Of a DNA stretch of 64,000 bases, positions 1-10,912 are shown piece after piece. The number at the start of each line of letters is the position of its first letter. Position 1 is the stretch's first letter. A program made the translations under genes and the position numbers. The stretch spans positions 416,001 to 480,000 of the forward strand of contig CBDCWI010000001.1 of assembly GCA_965223325.1 (NCBI GenBank), in the 5' to 3' direction. The DNA is from Candidatus Multivoradales bacterium (GTDB lineage: Bacteria > Acidobacteriota > Thermoanaerobaculia > Multivoradales > Multivoraceae). Below the pieces are notes generated by a model that was not told the origin of the DNA, made no database searches, and saw nothing but the letters and a program-made list of their open reading frames with translations.

Positions 1-560
1 TGGCGGTGCTGTTGGAGGAGCGACCTCCACATGTGGCTGGGCGTGTACCACGAGCCCAGCTACCGTCACATCTGCGGCGCAAGCGCTACGCAGCGACGGC
101 CGGCTTCAAGCGCGCTCGCCCTCCACAGGCGATCAAGAACTGCCAAGGCACCGGCGCGCGCCGCGGATTCTTGCCCTCGTGAAACCAGCTGACCCGGCTC
201 TCCACTCATGAGCGCGGGCGGCCTCTCTAGAGCGGTCCAAGGTTGGAATGGCGGTGCTGTTGGAGGAGCGACCTCCACATGTGGCTGGGCGTGTACCACG
301 AGCCCAGCTACCGTCACATCTGCGGCGCAAGCGCTACGCAGCGACGGCCGGCTTCAAGCGCGCTCGCCCTGCACAGGCGATCAAGAACTGCCAAGGCACC
401 GGCGCGCGCCGCGGATTCTTGCCGTCGTGAAACCAGCTGACCCGGCTCTCCACTCATGAGCGCGGGCGGCCACTGTAGAGCTGACTTTGGTTTGGTGGGC
501 GGTGCTCTTGGAGGAGCGACCCCAACATGTGGCTGGGCACGTACCCCACGAGCCCTCGCT
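1..560. repeat. Tandem array of 248-bp non-coding units (2 full copies plus a degenerate partial copy; truncated by the window start)
   Basis: TGGCGGTGCTGTTGGAGGAGCGACCTCC begins at 1 and 249, with a diverged copy at 497. Copies 1 and 2 are nearly identical over about 225 bp. Each unit has several internal hairpins. Confidence 0.95.
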
Positions 561-583
561 TCGTTCACTAGCTGGCTGCCTCC

Positions 584-1648
584 TCAGCCCGCTGTTGACG
601 GCGCTCCGACTCCCAGGCGCTCGAGTAGCTTGCGGGTGGCGATGATGCCTTCTTCTTCACGGAGGCGGTCGCCTTCGTACTCGACGCCGACCCAGCCGAC
701 GTAGCCGGCTTGGCGAACGATCTCCATCATGCGGGCGAAATCGATCGTGGTCTCGTTGCCCGCTTCGTCGAAGTTGTAGCTCTTGGCGCTCACCGCTCTG
801 GCGAGCGGCATCATCAACCGAACGCTCTGGTAGATGTCCTGGCCGGGTTCGAAATTGCCAAAGTCCGGAAGAGTGCCAACCAGTGGGTGGCCGGTGCGTT
901 CCATGACCTCCATCAGCCAGGCGGCGTCGCTCGAGTAGCCGCCGTGGTTCTCAACCAGGATGTGGAGGCCCTGGTCTTCGGCACGTTCGCAGAGCCGGCG
1001 CAGGCCGTCGGCGGCATGAGCGAGCTGTTCTTCGCGGGTGCCGCTCGAGTAGGCGTTGACCCGAATGGCGTGACAGCCGAGGATCTCGGCCGCATCGAGC
1101 CAGCGTTGGTGACGCTCGACACTCGCCAGGCGGTCATCGAGGGCCGGCGCCCCCAGATCGCCCTCTCCGTCGCACATGATCAGCACATTCTCGGTGCCGG
1201 CATCGACCGCCCGATTGCGCAGTTCTCTCAGGTAGCCGCGGTCGTTGCCGTTGGCGTAGTAGAAGGTGTTGACGTACTCGACTCCGCCGAAACCGAGAGC
1301 CGCCGCGCGCGCAGGAAAGTCGAGTGGATCGAGCGGTCCTTCCAGAACCGTCGCGGGAGCTTCCCCTAGCCGACGGATGAACTCGTCGCCGGCGGCGTCG
1401 CCGAAGTCGGTGCGCCAATCTCCGAAGTGGCTGCGGTTGAGTGACCATTGGGCCAGGGAGAGCCTGCTGGGCGGTCCGTCGGATGCGGAAGTGGCGCTTG
1501 CCGCAGCCGCGGTCCCCAAAGAGGGTGCGGGCGGGGGTGAACCGCCCGCGGCTTCGTTTCTGCCTTCGTTGCAACCGGGCAGGGCGCTGGCCATGGCCAG
1601 AGCGGCGAGCGTGCGACCGGACGTGCCGAGGAACTCTCGTCTGTTCAT
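584..1648 (-). CDS. Tat-exported (lipo)protein, sugar phosphate isomerase/epimerase (xylose-isomerase-like TIM barrel)
   Basis: N-terminal RREFL Tat motif and ALPGC lipobox-like sequence; family motifs SLAQWS, VENHGG, LPDFGNF, VSAK and GVEYEG. Confidence 0.85.
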   Translation of the reverse strand: MNRREFLGTSGRTLAALAMASALPGCNEGRNEAAGGSPPPAPSLGTAAAASATSASDGPPSRLSLAQWSLNRSHFGDWRTDFGDAAGDEFIRRLGEAPATVLEGPLDPLDFPARAAALGFGGVEYVNTFYYANGNDRGYLRELRNRAVDAGTENVLIMCDGEGDLGAPALDDRLASVERHQRWLDAAEILGCHAIRVNAYSSGTREEQLAHAADGLRRLCERAEDQGLHILVENHGGYSSDAAWLMEVMERTGHPLVGTLPDFGNFEPGQDIYQSVRLMMPLARAVSAKSYNFDEAGNETTIDFARMMEIVRQAGYVGWVGVEYEGDRLREEEGIIATRKLLERLGVGAPSTAG

Positions 1649-1752
1649 GACAACATGTTACGCCGCCCCGATGGCGATTGGGCCGGAATGTCTGAAGACC
1701 CCTTCGTGACGCCAGATGAGGTCGCCTGGCGAGAGCGCCGGGACTTCGCCGC

Positions 1753-3501
1753 CTACGGTTGAGTCTGCGACCAGGCTGTCGAATCGGCACTCTCGAAGTC
1801 GTCTTCGAACAGGTACTCGCCGACCTGAAAGAAGGCCGCGACCGGAGGCCCAAGCGCCCCGACCGCGTCTTCGGCCTGCAGCCAGAGCACGTGCCGACCG
1901 AGGGTGAGCCCGGTCGTATCGAGCGTCCCGGTGGCCTCCTCGGTGACCGCGTCGAAGCTTCCATCGGCCGCCAGGAGAGGCAGGCCAGCGGTCTCCCAGG
2001 GCGGCGTATCAACCGTCATCAAGACCGAGGCCACCGCCTGGGTCGGTTCGTCACCCTGGCCGCCGGAGTCGAAAAGGCTGTCGTCCGCCACCACGTCGAT
2101 GGTCAGCGAGCCACCCGGGGCCACGGTCTGCGCCGAGAGGACGAGGTCGAGAAGCTCCGGTCCAGAGGGCCACTGATAAGGGCGGCGCGCGGTGCGTGCC
2201 GCATAGAACAGCGCGTCGCGCACCAGTGGCCAGATCGTCGCCTCGAAGGTGCTGCACTGTTCGAAGAACGTGCTTCCGAGCTCGAAGGTGTAGGCAGGAA
2301 CGCCATAGACCCCATACGCCTGGTCAACCGTCGTGCCCGATGCCGTTCCAATACAGGAGTCGCACACCAACCAATCGGTGAAATAGCCGAACTTGCGCCC
2401 CAGGGTCTGCATGCCCGTTCTGTTTGGTGCGTTGCTAGCGTTGTCGTGCTCCCACGGAAAGAGCACCTGGCCACCGTACGAGTGCAGAGACAAAAAGACA
2501 CCTTCGGCATCCGACGGCGCGGCGTCGGTCGCCAGCGGCCCCCGCCAGTCGGTGAAGGTGCTCTCCATCCACTCCTCCAGCGCGATGGTCTCGGGCTCGC
2601 TACCGGCGGCATCGCCACGGAAGGTTTCGGCACACTCGGCGCCGCTCGAGCCACTCGCCAGGCCCCAGCCAAACGACGCGTTGCGATTGAGGTCGACGCC
2701 GCGGCTGTTGCCGTCGGCACAGAAGTCGTTGTTCTTGTTCTTACGCCACGACAGACCGGTCTCAGCCTGCTTGCGGCCGTCGGGGTTCTGGTGCGGGACG
2801 ATATGGACTTCGACGTTGTCGAGAATCCAGGTGATGTCGGCGTCGACCCCGTAGCCGTTGACCAGGAGCTCGGCAAAGCGGGTCGCACTCTCAGCAGTGG
2901 TGAGCTCCCGGGCATGCATCGCGGCACTGATCACCAGCGGGGATTTGCCGCTGACGTGGGTGTTGCCGATCACCAGAACGCCGAGGTCGTAGCCCGGCGC
3001 AACCCCTTCTTCTTTCTCCCAGCTGTCGCGCGAAAGGCTCTGCCAGGAGGCGAGACCGGGGTTGGCGGTCGCCAGCGCTTCGAGATCGGCGTAGGTCTCC
3101 TCCACTGTGCGGTAGCAGGAGCAGCCAGGAATACCGGTCGGACCCGACTGCCCACAGAGCCCGGTTCCCCGGGTGGCGGTGGGATCGAGGGCGCGGGTGC
3201 GCTCGGCGCTGGCCTCGAACGAGATCCCCCGCTCGGTGAGCCAGGAGCGATCGAGGGCGTCGGTCCCGATCTCGAAACGGAGAGCACCGGGCGAAAGAGA
3301 AGGTTCCACCAGGTACACGTCCAGGTGCTCCTGCAACTGCCCCGGCAGTTCTGGATCCGCGGTTTCGACGATGACCACCTGGAACTCAGAGGCCAGCAGG
3401 GCCGGCGAAAAGAGCTGCGCCAGAACAAGCAGAAGCAGACCGCACGGGGCGGTCGACCTGAGGGCGCGGGCGGTACCCGACCGCCAGAGGAAAGAACTCA
3501 T
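1753..3501 (-). CDS. Secreted M14 zinc carboxypeptidase with C-terminal Ig-like region and FEDDFES tail
   Basis: HARE zinc motif, NPDG, GVDLNRN, SLHSY and TFELG motifs; signal peptide. ATG at 3501 is preferred over the ORF-track start 3537. Confidence 0.9.
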   Translation of the reverse strand: MSSFLWRSGTARALRSTAPCGLLLLVLAQLFSPALLASEFQVVIVETADPELPGQLQEHLDVYLVEPSLSPGALRFEIGTDALDRSWLTERGISFEASAERTRALDPTATRGTGLCGQSGPTGIPGCSCYRTVEETYADLEALATANPGLASWQSLSRDSWEKEEGVAPGYDLGVLVIGNTHVSGKSPLVISAAMHARELTTAESATRFAELLVNGYGVDADITWILDNVEVHIVPHQNPDGRKQAETGLSWRKNKNNDFCADGNSRGVDLNRNASFGWGLASGSSGAECAETFRGDAAGSEPETIALEEWMESTFTDWRGPLATDAAPSDAEGVFLSLHSYGGQVLFPWEHDNASNAPNRTGMQTLGRKFGYFTDWLVCDSCIGTASGTTVDQAYGVYGVPAYTFELGSTFFEQCSTFEATIWPLVRDALFYAARTARRPYQWPSGPELLDLVLSAQTVAPGGSLTIDVVADDSLFDSGGQGDEPTQAVASVLMTVDTPPWETAGLPLLAADGSFDAVTEEATGTLDTTGLTLGRHVLWLQAEDAVGALGPPVAAFFQVGEYLFEDDFESADSTAWSQTQP

Positions 3502-3518
3502 AGATAGAATTCTATCTA
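3501..3518. promoter_or_regulatory. Perfect 18-bp palindrome containing a TAGAAT -10 box directly before the M14 start
   Basis: TAGATAGAATTCTATCTA equals its own reverse complement and is AT-rich in a GC-rich background. Confidence 0.6.
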
Positions 3519-3567
3519 AAAACTCCGAATTCTCCACCTGGCGCCTGCACGATCGCCCGTGAGGGCC

Positions 3568-5433
<1,866 letters not shown>

Positions 5434-5521
5434 GAAGGCCTTCCTTTCAACCGTCTGGAGCGGTGCGAGAACGTTCTCCATCGGGCGGTTCATGGGGTTT
5501 CCCGCAGCCTATCGAAGCCCT

Positions 5522-6923
5522 GCCAGCCCGCGTGCCACCCGGCGTGCCGACGAAGGAGTTCTCCCCCGACCTGCAGAGTCTCGCTTCGGCCGAAGACCCG
5601 TAGGTGCCCGCGGCCATACCCAGACGATCCTGTCCTCTCTCGAAACAACCGTTTCAACGAGCCACGAATCCGCCGCGCGCAACGGCCCACGGCAGGCTGG
5701 TACCGCAAGTGCCCCGGGCATGTCCCGGGCGTTTCCCGGGCGTTTCCCGGGCAATCGACTGGGGTGGTTCTGGGATTTCGCGGCACGAAAACCACTATCG
5801 CCACGGACTGCTTGCGCAGCAAGGGTGACGGCTAGCGGTCCGCGTGCTACACGACCTGCCGAAGAACCCACAACGCCACTCCAACCCACAGCCTGCCCCC
5901 AACAAGCACACCGAAACGGAGAAAACCCCCGACCTGCGCACTCTCACTTTGCTCGATCAAACAGGAGCCCGCGGCCACACCAGACGATCCTGTCCTCTTT
6001 CGAAACAACCGTTTCAACGAGCCACGAATCCGCCGCGCGCAACGGCCCACGGCAGGCTGGTACCGCAAGTGCCCCGGGCATGTCCCGGGCGTTTCCCGGG
6101 CGTTTCCCGGGCAATCGACTGGGGTGGTTCTGGGATTTCGCGGCACGAAAACCACTATCGCCACGGACTGCTTGCGCGGCAAGGGTGACGGCTAGCGGTC
6201 CGCGTGCTACACGACCTACCGACAGACCCAGAACGCTACTCCAACCCTAAGCCCGACCCCACCAGCACACCGAAACGGAGAAAACCCCCGACCTGCGCAC
6301 TCTCACTTTGCTCGATCAAACAGGAGCCCGCGGCCACACCAGACGATCCTGTCCTCTCTCGAAACAACCGTTTCAACGAGCCACGAATCCGCCGCGCGCA
6401 ACGGCCCGCGGCAGGCTGGTACCGCAAGTGACCCGGGCATCTCCCGGGCATTTCCCGGGCAATCGACTGGGGTGGTTCTGGGATTTCGCGGGTCAGAGGC
6501 CTGTGGCTGCTTTGACCCAGGGCGAAGAGCTCACGAGAACCGCCACCGCTGCGCACTGCTTGCCCGGCAAGGGTGGCGGCTAGAAGTCCGCGTGCTACGA
6601 CCTGCCGAAAAACCCAAACGCCACTCCAACCCACAGCAGGAGCCCGCGATCACACCAGACGATCCCAGTCCTCTCTCGAAAAAAGCGTTTCAACGAGCCA
6701 CGAATCCGCCGCGCGCAACGGCCTATGGCAGGCTGGTACCGCAAGTGCAGGGCGAAGAGCTCACGAAAATCACGATCGCCGCGGACTGCTTGCGCGGCAA
6801 GGGTGACGGCTAGCGGTCCGCGTGCTACACGACCTGCCAAAAACCCACCACGCCACTCCAACCCACAGCCTTCCCCCAACAAACACACCGAAACAACGGC
6901 CGCCAAGCACGCGGACCGCTAGC
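5522..6923. repeat. Tandem array of ~320-360-bp non-coding units (about 4 units plus a degenerate left partial unit) with an 18-bp inverted repeat at the right end
   Basis: CGAAACAACCGTTTCAACGAGCCACGAATCCGCC occurs at 5641, 6001 and 6360, with a variant at 6677 (periods 360, 359, 317). GCTAGCGGTCCGCGTGCT (6809-6826) is inverted at 6906-6923. Confidence 0.95.
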
Positions 6924-8025
6924 TCAGTTCCAGCGCCTTCCAGTCCTGAGCGTGGTCGGCGTGGCGTTGGGCCATGGCCATGAACATGTCGTCGCCGCGT
7001 TCCGTGCGGCCGACGATCATCGAGGCGATGACGGCCATGATGAGGCCGGCGAAGGTCCCCAGCCGATAGTCGGCAATGAGGTCCTCGGTGGCGAACCGGA
7101 GGTGGCCCTGGCGTAGGGCGTCGGTGTAGGTGAGGAGGAGGGCGTTCTCGATCGGTCGTCGGGCCGCGGCGGGCATCGCCGCGCCAATGAAGTAGGCGAG
7201 GTCGGAGCCGGCCTGGCCGCAGCTCACGGTCTGCCAGTCGACGACGGAAACCAGAGGTGGGTCGTCGGAGGTCGTGAGCAGGTTGTCGAGGCGGTAGTCA
7301 CCGTGCACGACGGTCGGCGGTAGCGTTGCCAGATCGCGGCGGAAGAGTCGATCGCTGGCGGCGATTGCACGGCAGACCTCGAGTGCGTCGCTGGTGAGGC
7401 GACTGGCGTAGCGCTCGATGAACCCGGGCAGGACCTGGGAATAGAGGGCCTTGCTGGCCGCCAGGCGTTCCTGGTCGTGGGTGTCGAGCCATCTGAGTGT
7501 CGCGAGTCGGCTGGAGCCCCAGAGTGGCGCGTGCAGTCCTGCGAGCTCGCGAACCGCGGCGTGAGCGACCTCCGGGGTACAGCCTTGGATCTGGTCGCCC
7601 TGACGTGCCGGCGCGAGGTCTTCGAGCATCAAGGTGAAGTCAGGGCCTTCGCCGTCGATGGCCGCGAAATAGCAACGGGGTGTGCGAACAGCGAGGTCGG
7701 CAGCGAGCTCGCGAAAGAAGTGCACTTCTTTGAGGTAGCACTGCTGCTCCACGCCGGCGGCTCGACTCTCGGGATCGGGCGAAGCGAACTTGCCCACCAG
7801 AGACGTGGGAACGTCTGGGGGCGGCGGGCTTTCGAAGCGAAGCAAGAAGCGAACGCACTGCCCGACTTGACCAGTGCCAACACGCTCGGCTTCGAAGCCG
7901 GTGACCGCTGGGCTGTCGGGATGGTCGAGAGAGAGGAGGCGAGTGAGCCAGGGAGCGGACACCAGTCCTGGCTCCGCGATGAGCTCGAGGCCCTGGTAGG
8001 GGTCGTATTCTTGAACGCCGCTCAT
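6919..8025 (-). CDS. Aminoglycoside/choline/ecdysteroid-kinase-like phosphotransferase
   Basis: VGTGQVG loop, LEDL, HGDYRLDN catalytic loop, DWQ, DLAYF. ATG at 8025 is preferred. Confidence 0.88.
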   Translation of the reverse strand: MSGVQEYDPYQGLELIAEPGLVSAPWLTRLLSLDHPDSPAVTGFEAERVGTGQVGQCVRFLLRFESPPPPDVPTSLVGKFASPDPESRAAGVEQQCYLKEVHFFRELAADLAVRTPRCYFAAIDGEGPDFTLMLEDLAPARQGDQIQGCTPEVAHAAVRELAGLHAPLWGSSRLATLRWLDTHDQERLAASKALYSQVLPGFIERYASRLTSDALEVCRAIAASDRLFRRDLATLPPTVVHGDYRLDNLLTTSDDPPLVSVVDWQTVSCGQAGSDLAYFIGAAMPAAARRPIENALLLTYTDALRQGHLRFATEDLIADYRLGTFAGLIMAVIASMIVGRTERGDDMFMAMAQRHADHAQDWKALELS

Positions 8026-8032
8026 GGGCGCC

Positions 8033-8042
8033 ACAGTACTAT
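8033..8042. promoter_or_regulatory. Overlapping divergent -10 elements (bidirectional leaderless promoter)
   Basis: TACTAT (8037-8042, +) is 8 nt before ATG 8051. TACTGT (8038-8033, -) is 7 nt before ATG 8025. Confidence 0.6.
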
Positions 8043-8050
8043 CGACCGCG

Positions 8051-9169
8051 ATGACCCTCTTGAGTGCCGCCGACGACTTTCCCGTCCACCAGACTCCCGA
8101 GCCGATTGCCATAGCGACGGGCGAGCGCAACTTCTACGACCGCTACTTCTGGAACGGCTACACCCCAGACGGCGCCCTCTTCTTTGCGCTGGCGCACGGG
8201 ACCTACCCGGCCCTGGGCGTTCAGGATGCAGCGTTCTCGGTGGTGACGGGTGGTGTGCAGTACAACCTGCGCGCATCCAGGAGTTCTCCGTTGCTCGATC
8301 GCATGGACCTTCGGGTCGGGCCGATCGAGGTCACGGTGGTCGCGCCGCTCGAACGTCATCACCTGGTGGTCGATTCACCGGAGCACGGGGTGCGGGCCGA
8401 CCTGCACTGGACGGGCCGCACCCAGGCACTTCTCGAGCCGCGCTTTACCCGGCGGCTCGGCACCAGGCTGTTCATGGACTACACCCGGCTGACCCAGAAT
8501 GGCAGCTGGAGCGGCTGGATCGAGATCGCCGGGGAACGCCATCGAGTCGGCGAGCACACCCTCGGCACCCGCGATCGTTCGTGGGGCATTCGACCGGTCG
8601 GTGAACCTGACGCACAGCCGGCGCATGCTGAGCCGCAGTTCTTCTGGTTGTGGGCACCGTCGAACTTCGACGATTGCTCGACCCTCTACCATCTCAATGC
8701 CGATGGCCTCGGCCGACCGTGGAACACCTTTGGCGCCCTGGTGCCCTGCGGGGGCCGGGGCGACGGCTCTGCACCCCTGGAGTTCGATGAGGTCGAGTCG
8801 AAGCTCGAACTGATCCCCGGCACGCGCCACGCGCAAGCGGCCGAGATCAAGATGACCTCTGCTCGAGAACAGCTGACACTCCGCCTCGAGCGTCGCTTCG
8901 AGTTCTTCATGTCGGGCATTGGCTACGGCCATCCCGAATGGCGTCACGGCCGCCGTCACCAGGCACCCCTGGTGACCGGCTTCGACGAGATCGCCCACGA
9001 TGGTCTCGACCTCAACGATCCTCTCCACCTGCACGTGCAGGCCTTCTCTGACGTGGCGCTCGAGCGCGCTTCGGACGGCAGCACGCACAAGGGGCTCGGC
9101 ATTCTCGAGCAGTTGATCCTCGGGCGCTACGAGCCACTCGGGCTCGAAGGGCTCACCGGACCGACGTAG
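8051..9169 (+). CDS. Conserved hypothetical protein (tocopherol-cyclase/AttH-like beta-barrel family)
   Basis: DDFPVHQTPEP, NFYDRY, GTRDRSWGIRPVG and FFWLWAP motifs. The family is often seen next to phosphotransferases (recalled, not searched). Confidence 0.7.
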   Translation: MTLLSAADDFPVHQTPEPIAIATGERNFYDRYFWNGYTPDGALFFALAHGTYPALGVQDAAFSVVTGGVQYNLRASRSSPLLDRMDLRVGPIEVTVVAPLERHHLVVDSPEHGVRADLHWTGRTQALLEPRFTRRLGTRLFMDYTRLTQNGSWSGWIEIAGERHRVGEHTLGTRDRSWGIRPVGEPDAQPAHAEPQFFWLWAPSNFDDCSTLYHLNADGLGRPWNTFGALVPCGGRGDGSAPLEFDEVESKLELIPGTRHAQAAEIKMTSAREQLTLRLERRFEFFMSGIGYGHPEWRHGRRHQAPLVTGFDEIAHDGLDLNDPLHLHVQAFSDVALERASDGSTHKGLGILEQLILGRYEPLGLEGLTGPT

Positions 9170-9176
9170 GAAAAGT

Positions 9177-10373
9177 ATGTCCAGGATGAACCACGCCAGC
9201 TCCGCCCTTCTTGTCGCGCTGATCGTCACGGTCGGCTGCGTCTCGCGTGATGAGGCATTGGAGCCATCGGAGCCCAACGATCCGACGGCTCTCGCCCGCG
9301 ACAATCTCCACTTCGACGATCTGGGCCTCAACCAACTTCAAGCGATCGGCTCCCACAACAGCTACAAGGAAGCGATCGCGCCGAACTTGTTGGACGAGTA
9401 CGGCCCACCGGGGGATGCCCGGCGCGAGGCGCTCGACTACTGGCACCCGAGCCTCACGCGTCAGCTCGATCACGGCCTACGCAAGCTCGAGATTGACGTC
9501 TTCCATGACCCCGAGGGCGGTCTCTTCGCCGAACCCTGGGGCGCGGGCCTCGACGACGTGCCGCACGACCCCGGCGGGGTTCTTGAGGAACCCGGCTTCA
9601 AGGTGCTGCACGTCCAGGACCTCGACTTTCGCAGCAACTGTTTGACCCTTGCCCTGTGTCTCGAGGAAGTCGTGTCCTGGTCGGAAGCTCACCCTGGTCA
9701 CGTGCCGGTGGTGATCAGTCTCAACACCAAAGACCAGGCCTACGATCGACCCCGGTGGGTTACCCCGCGGCCGTTCAACGGTCCGGCCCTGGCGGCGCTC
9801 GACCAGGCGATCCGCTCTTTCGTACCGGCCGAGCGGCTGCTCGAGCCAGCCGACGTGCGCGGCGATTTCGCGACCCTCGAACAGGCGGTGCTCGAACGTG
9901 GCTGGCCACTCCTGGGCGAGGTTCGCGGGCGATTGTTGCTGGTGCTCGACCAGGGTGACCCCAAACGTGCCGCCTACCTCGACGCGGTCGCCGAGCCGGT
10001 GATGTTCCCGAACGCCGAGCCAGGGACACCGTGGGCCGCCTTTCGGATCATCAACGACCCCATCGGTCAGCGCGAAGAGATCGAAGCTGCCGTCGCTGCG
10101 GGTTACCTGGTGCGCACCCGCGCCGACGCTGACACGCGCGAGGCACGCAGCGGCAACACAGCGCGCCGCGAGGCGGCCTTCGCTTCTGGCGCGCACTACA
10201 TTTCGACGGACTACTACCTCCCCGAGCAGACTCTCACGACGGGTTACACGGTGAAGCTGCCTGGCGCCGCCCACGAGGGCGCACGGGCCGAAGGAACGGC
10301 CGGGCCGGTCGCCCGGGCCAGCCGGTGCAACCCGGTCACTGCGCCGACGGCGTGCACCGTTCCAGCACCCTGA
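9177..10373 (+). CDS. PI-specific phospholipase C-like phosphodiesterase (Ca2+-dependent type), lipoprotein
   Basis: GSHNSY, GLRKLEIDV, VLHVQDLD, VRTRAD and GAHYISTD motifs; TVGC lipobox. Confidence 0.85.
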   Translation: MSRMNHASSALLVALIVTVGCVSRDEALEPSEPNDPTALARDNLHFDDLGLNQLQAIGSHNSYKEAIAPNLLDEYGPPGDARREALDYWHPSLTRQLDHGLRKLEIDVFHDPEGGLFAEPWGAGLDDVPHDPGGVLEEPGFKVLHVQDLDFRSNCLTLALCLEEVVSWSEAHPGHVPVVISLNTKDQAYDRPRWVTPRPFNGPALAALDQAIRSFVPAERLLEPADVRGDFATLEQAVLERGWPLLGEVRGRLLLVLDQGDPKRAAYLDAVAEPVMFPNAEPGTPWAAFRIINDPIGQREEIEAAVAAGYLVRTRADADTREARSGNTARREAAFASGAHYISTDYYLPEQTLTTGYTVKLPGAAHEGARAEGTAGPVARASRCNPVTAPTACTVPAP

Positions 10374-10400
10374 AGCACCGACCCGTCAAGAAAGCTCCGT

Positions 10401-10814
10401 CTAACGCGGAGCGTCGACGCGATGCTCCACCCAGGCGATGCGACCCTCGGCCACGCAGTCGCGTAGCGATCGCTCGACCGCGGTCAGCGTGCCGCGGCCA
10501 CTCTTGACCTCGACGAAGACGATCTCGTCGATCTCGCCGGAGCCAAGACCGCGAAACACCACATAGTCGATCGGCGCTCCCAAGAAACGTGCCTCCTGTG
10601 GCAGCCCTGGGAAGTCGTCGAGGTAGGGCGCCCACTGTTCGGCAACCCGCCCCGCGAGCGCCCTCCTGCTGCCCTCGGTTGCCACCCGCGCACGCCTGCT
10701 GCGGCCCAGGAAGAGGCCAAGGCGATAGGCGAGGAAGAGTCCGATCAGGACCAGGAGGCCTTGCACATACGGGTGAGAGGCCAACAGAAAGAGCTCTAGA
10801 GCGGGGTTTTCCAT
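10401..10814 (-). CDS. Membrane-anchored Holliday-junction-resolvase-like PD-(D/E)xK endonuclease (Endonuc_Holl-like)
   Basis: N-terminal TM helix; G..AEQ.AP.L, ARFLG.PIDYVVF.G and FVEVKSG motifs. Confidence 0.8.
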   Translation of the reverse strand: MENPALELFLLASHPYVQGLLVLIGLFLAYRLGLFLGRSRRARVATEGSRRALAGRVAEQWAPYLDDFPGLPQEARFLGAPIDYVVFRGLGSGEIDEIVFVEVKSGRGTLTAVERSLRDCVAEGRIAWVEHRVDAPR

Positions 10815-10872
10815 AGGCCGAATCCTGCCAGGCCCAGGGAACCTCGCAGAATGTGAACATTTTTTCCACTTT

Positions 10873-10908
10873 TACTTGAAATTCTTGTAATTCGTGTAAT
10901 ACTTGAAA
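10873..10908. promoter_or_regulatory. Four tandem 9-bp direct repeats in an AT-rich divergent promoter region
   Basis: TACTTGAAA, TTCTTGTAA, TTCGTGTAA and TACTTGAAA are contiguous. Confidence 0.5.
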
Positions 10909-10912
10909 CGTT

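Noticed and set aside
150-200. Hammerhead ribozyme (GAAAC and CTGA present)
   Set aside because: The CUGANGA core is absent (the sequence reads CTGACCC) and the stems do not fit.
66-704. Short ORFs within array 1, and similar ORFs at 5490-6922 including the tail of 4829..6250
   Set aside because: Frames are not conserved between the two arrays (indels and stops) and composition is Arg/Pro-biased. A decayed-gene origin is not excluded.
1759-3507. Long antisense or alternate-frame ORFs (also 4177..5421, 22906..24339, 28285..30378, 31985..33385, 41318..42982, 56358..57737)
   Set aside because: Shadow ORFs of well-supported genes, as expected from high-GC codon bias; no recognisable motifs.
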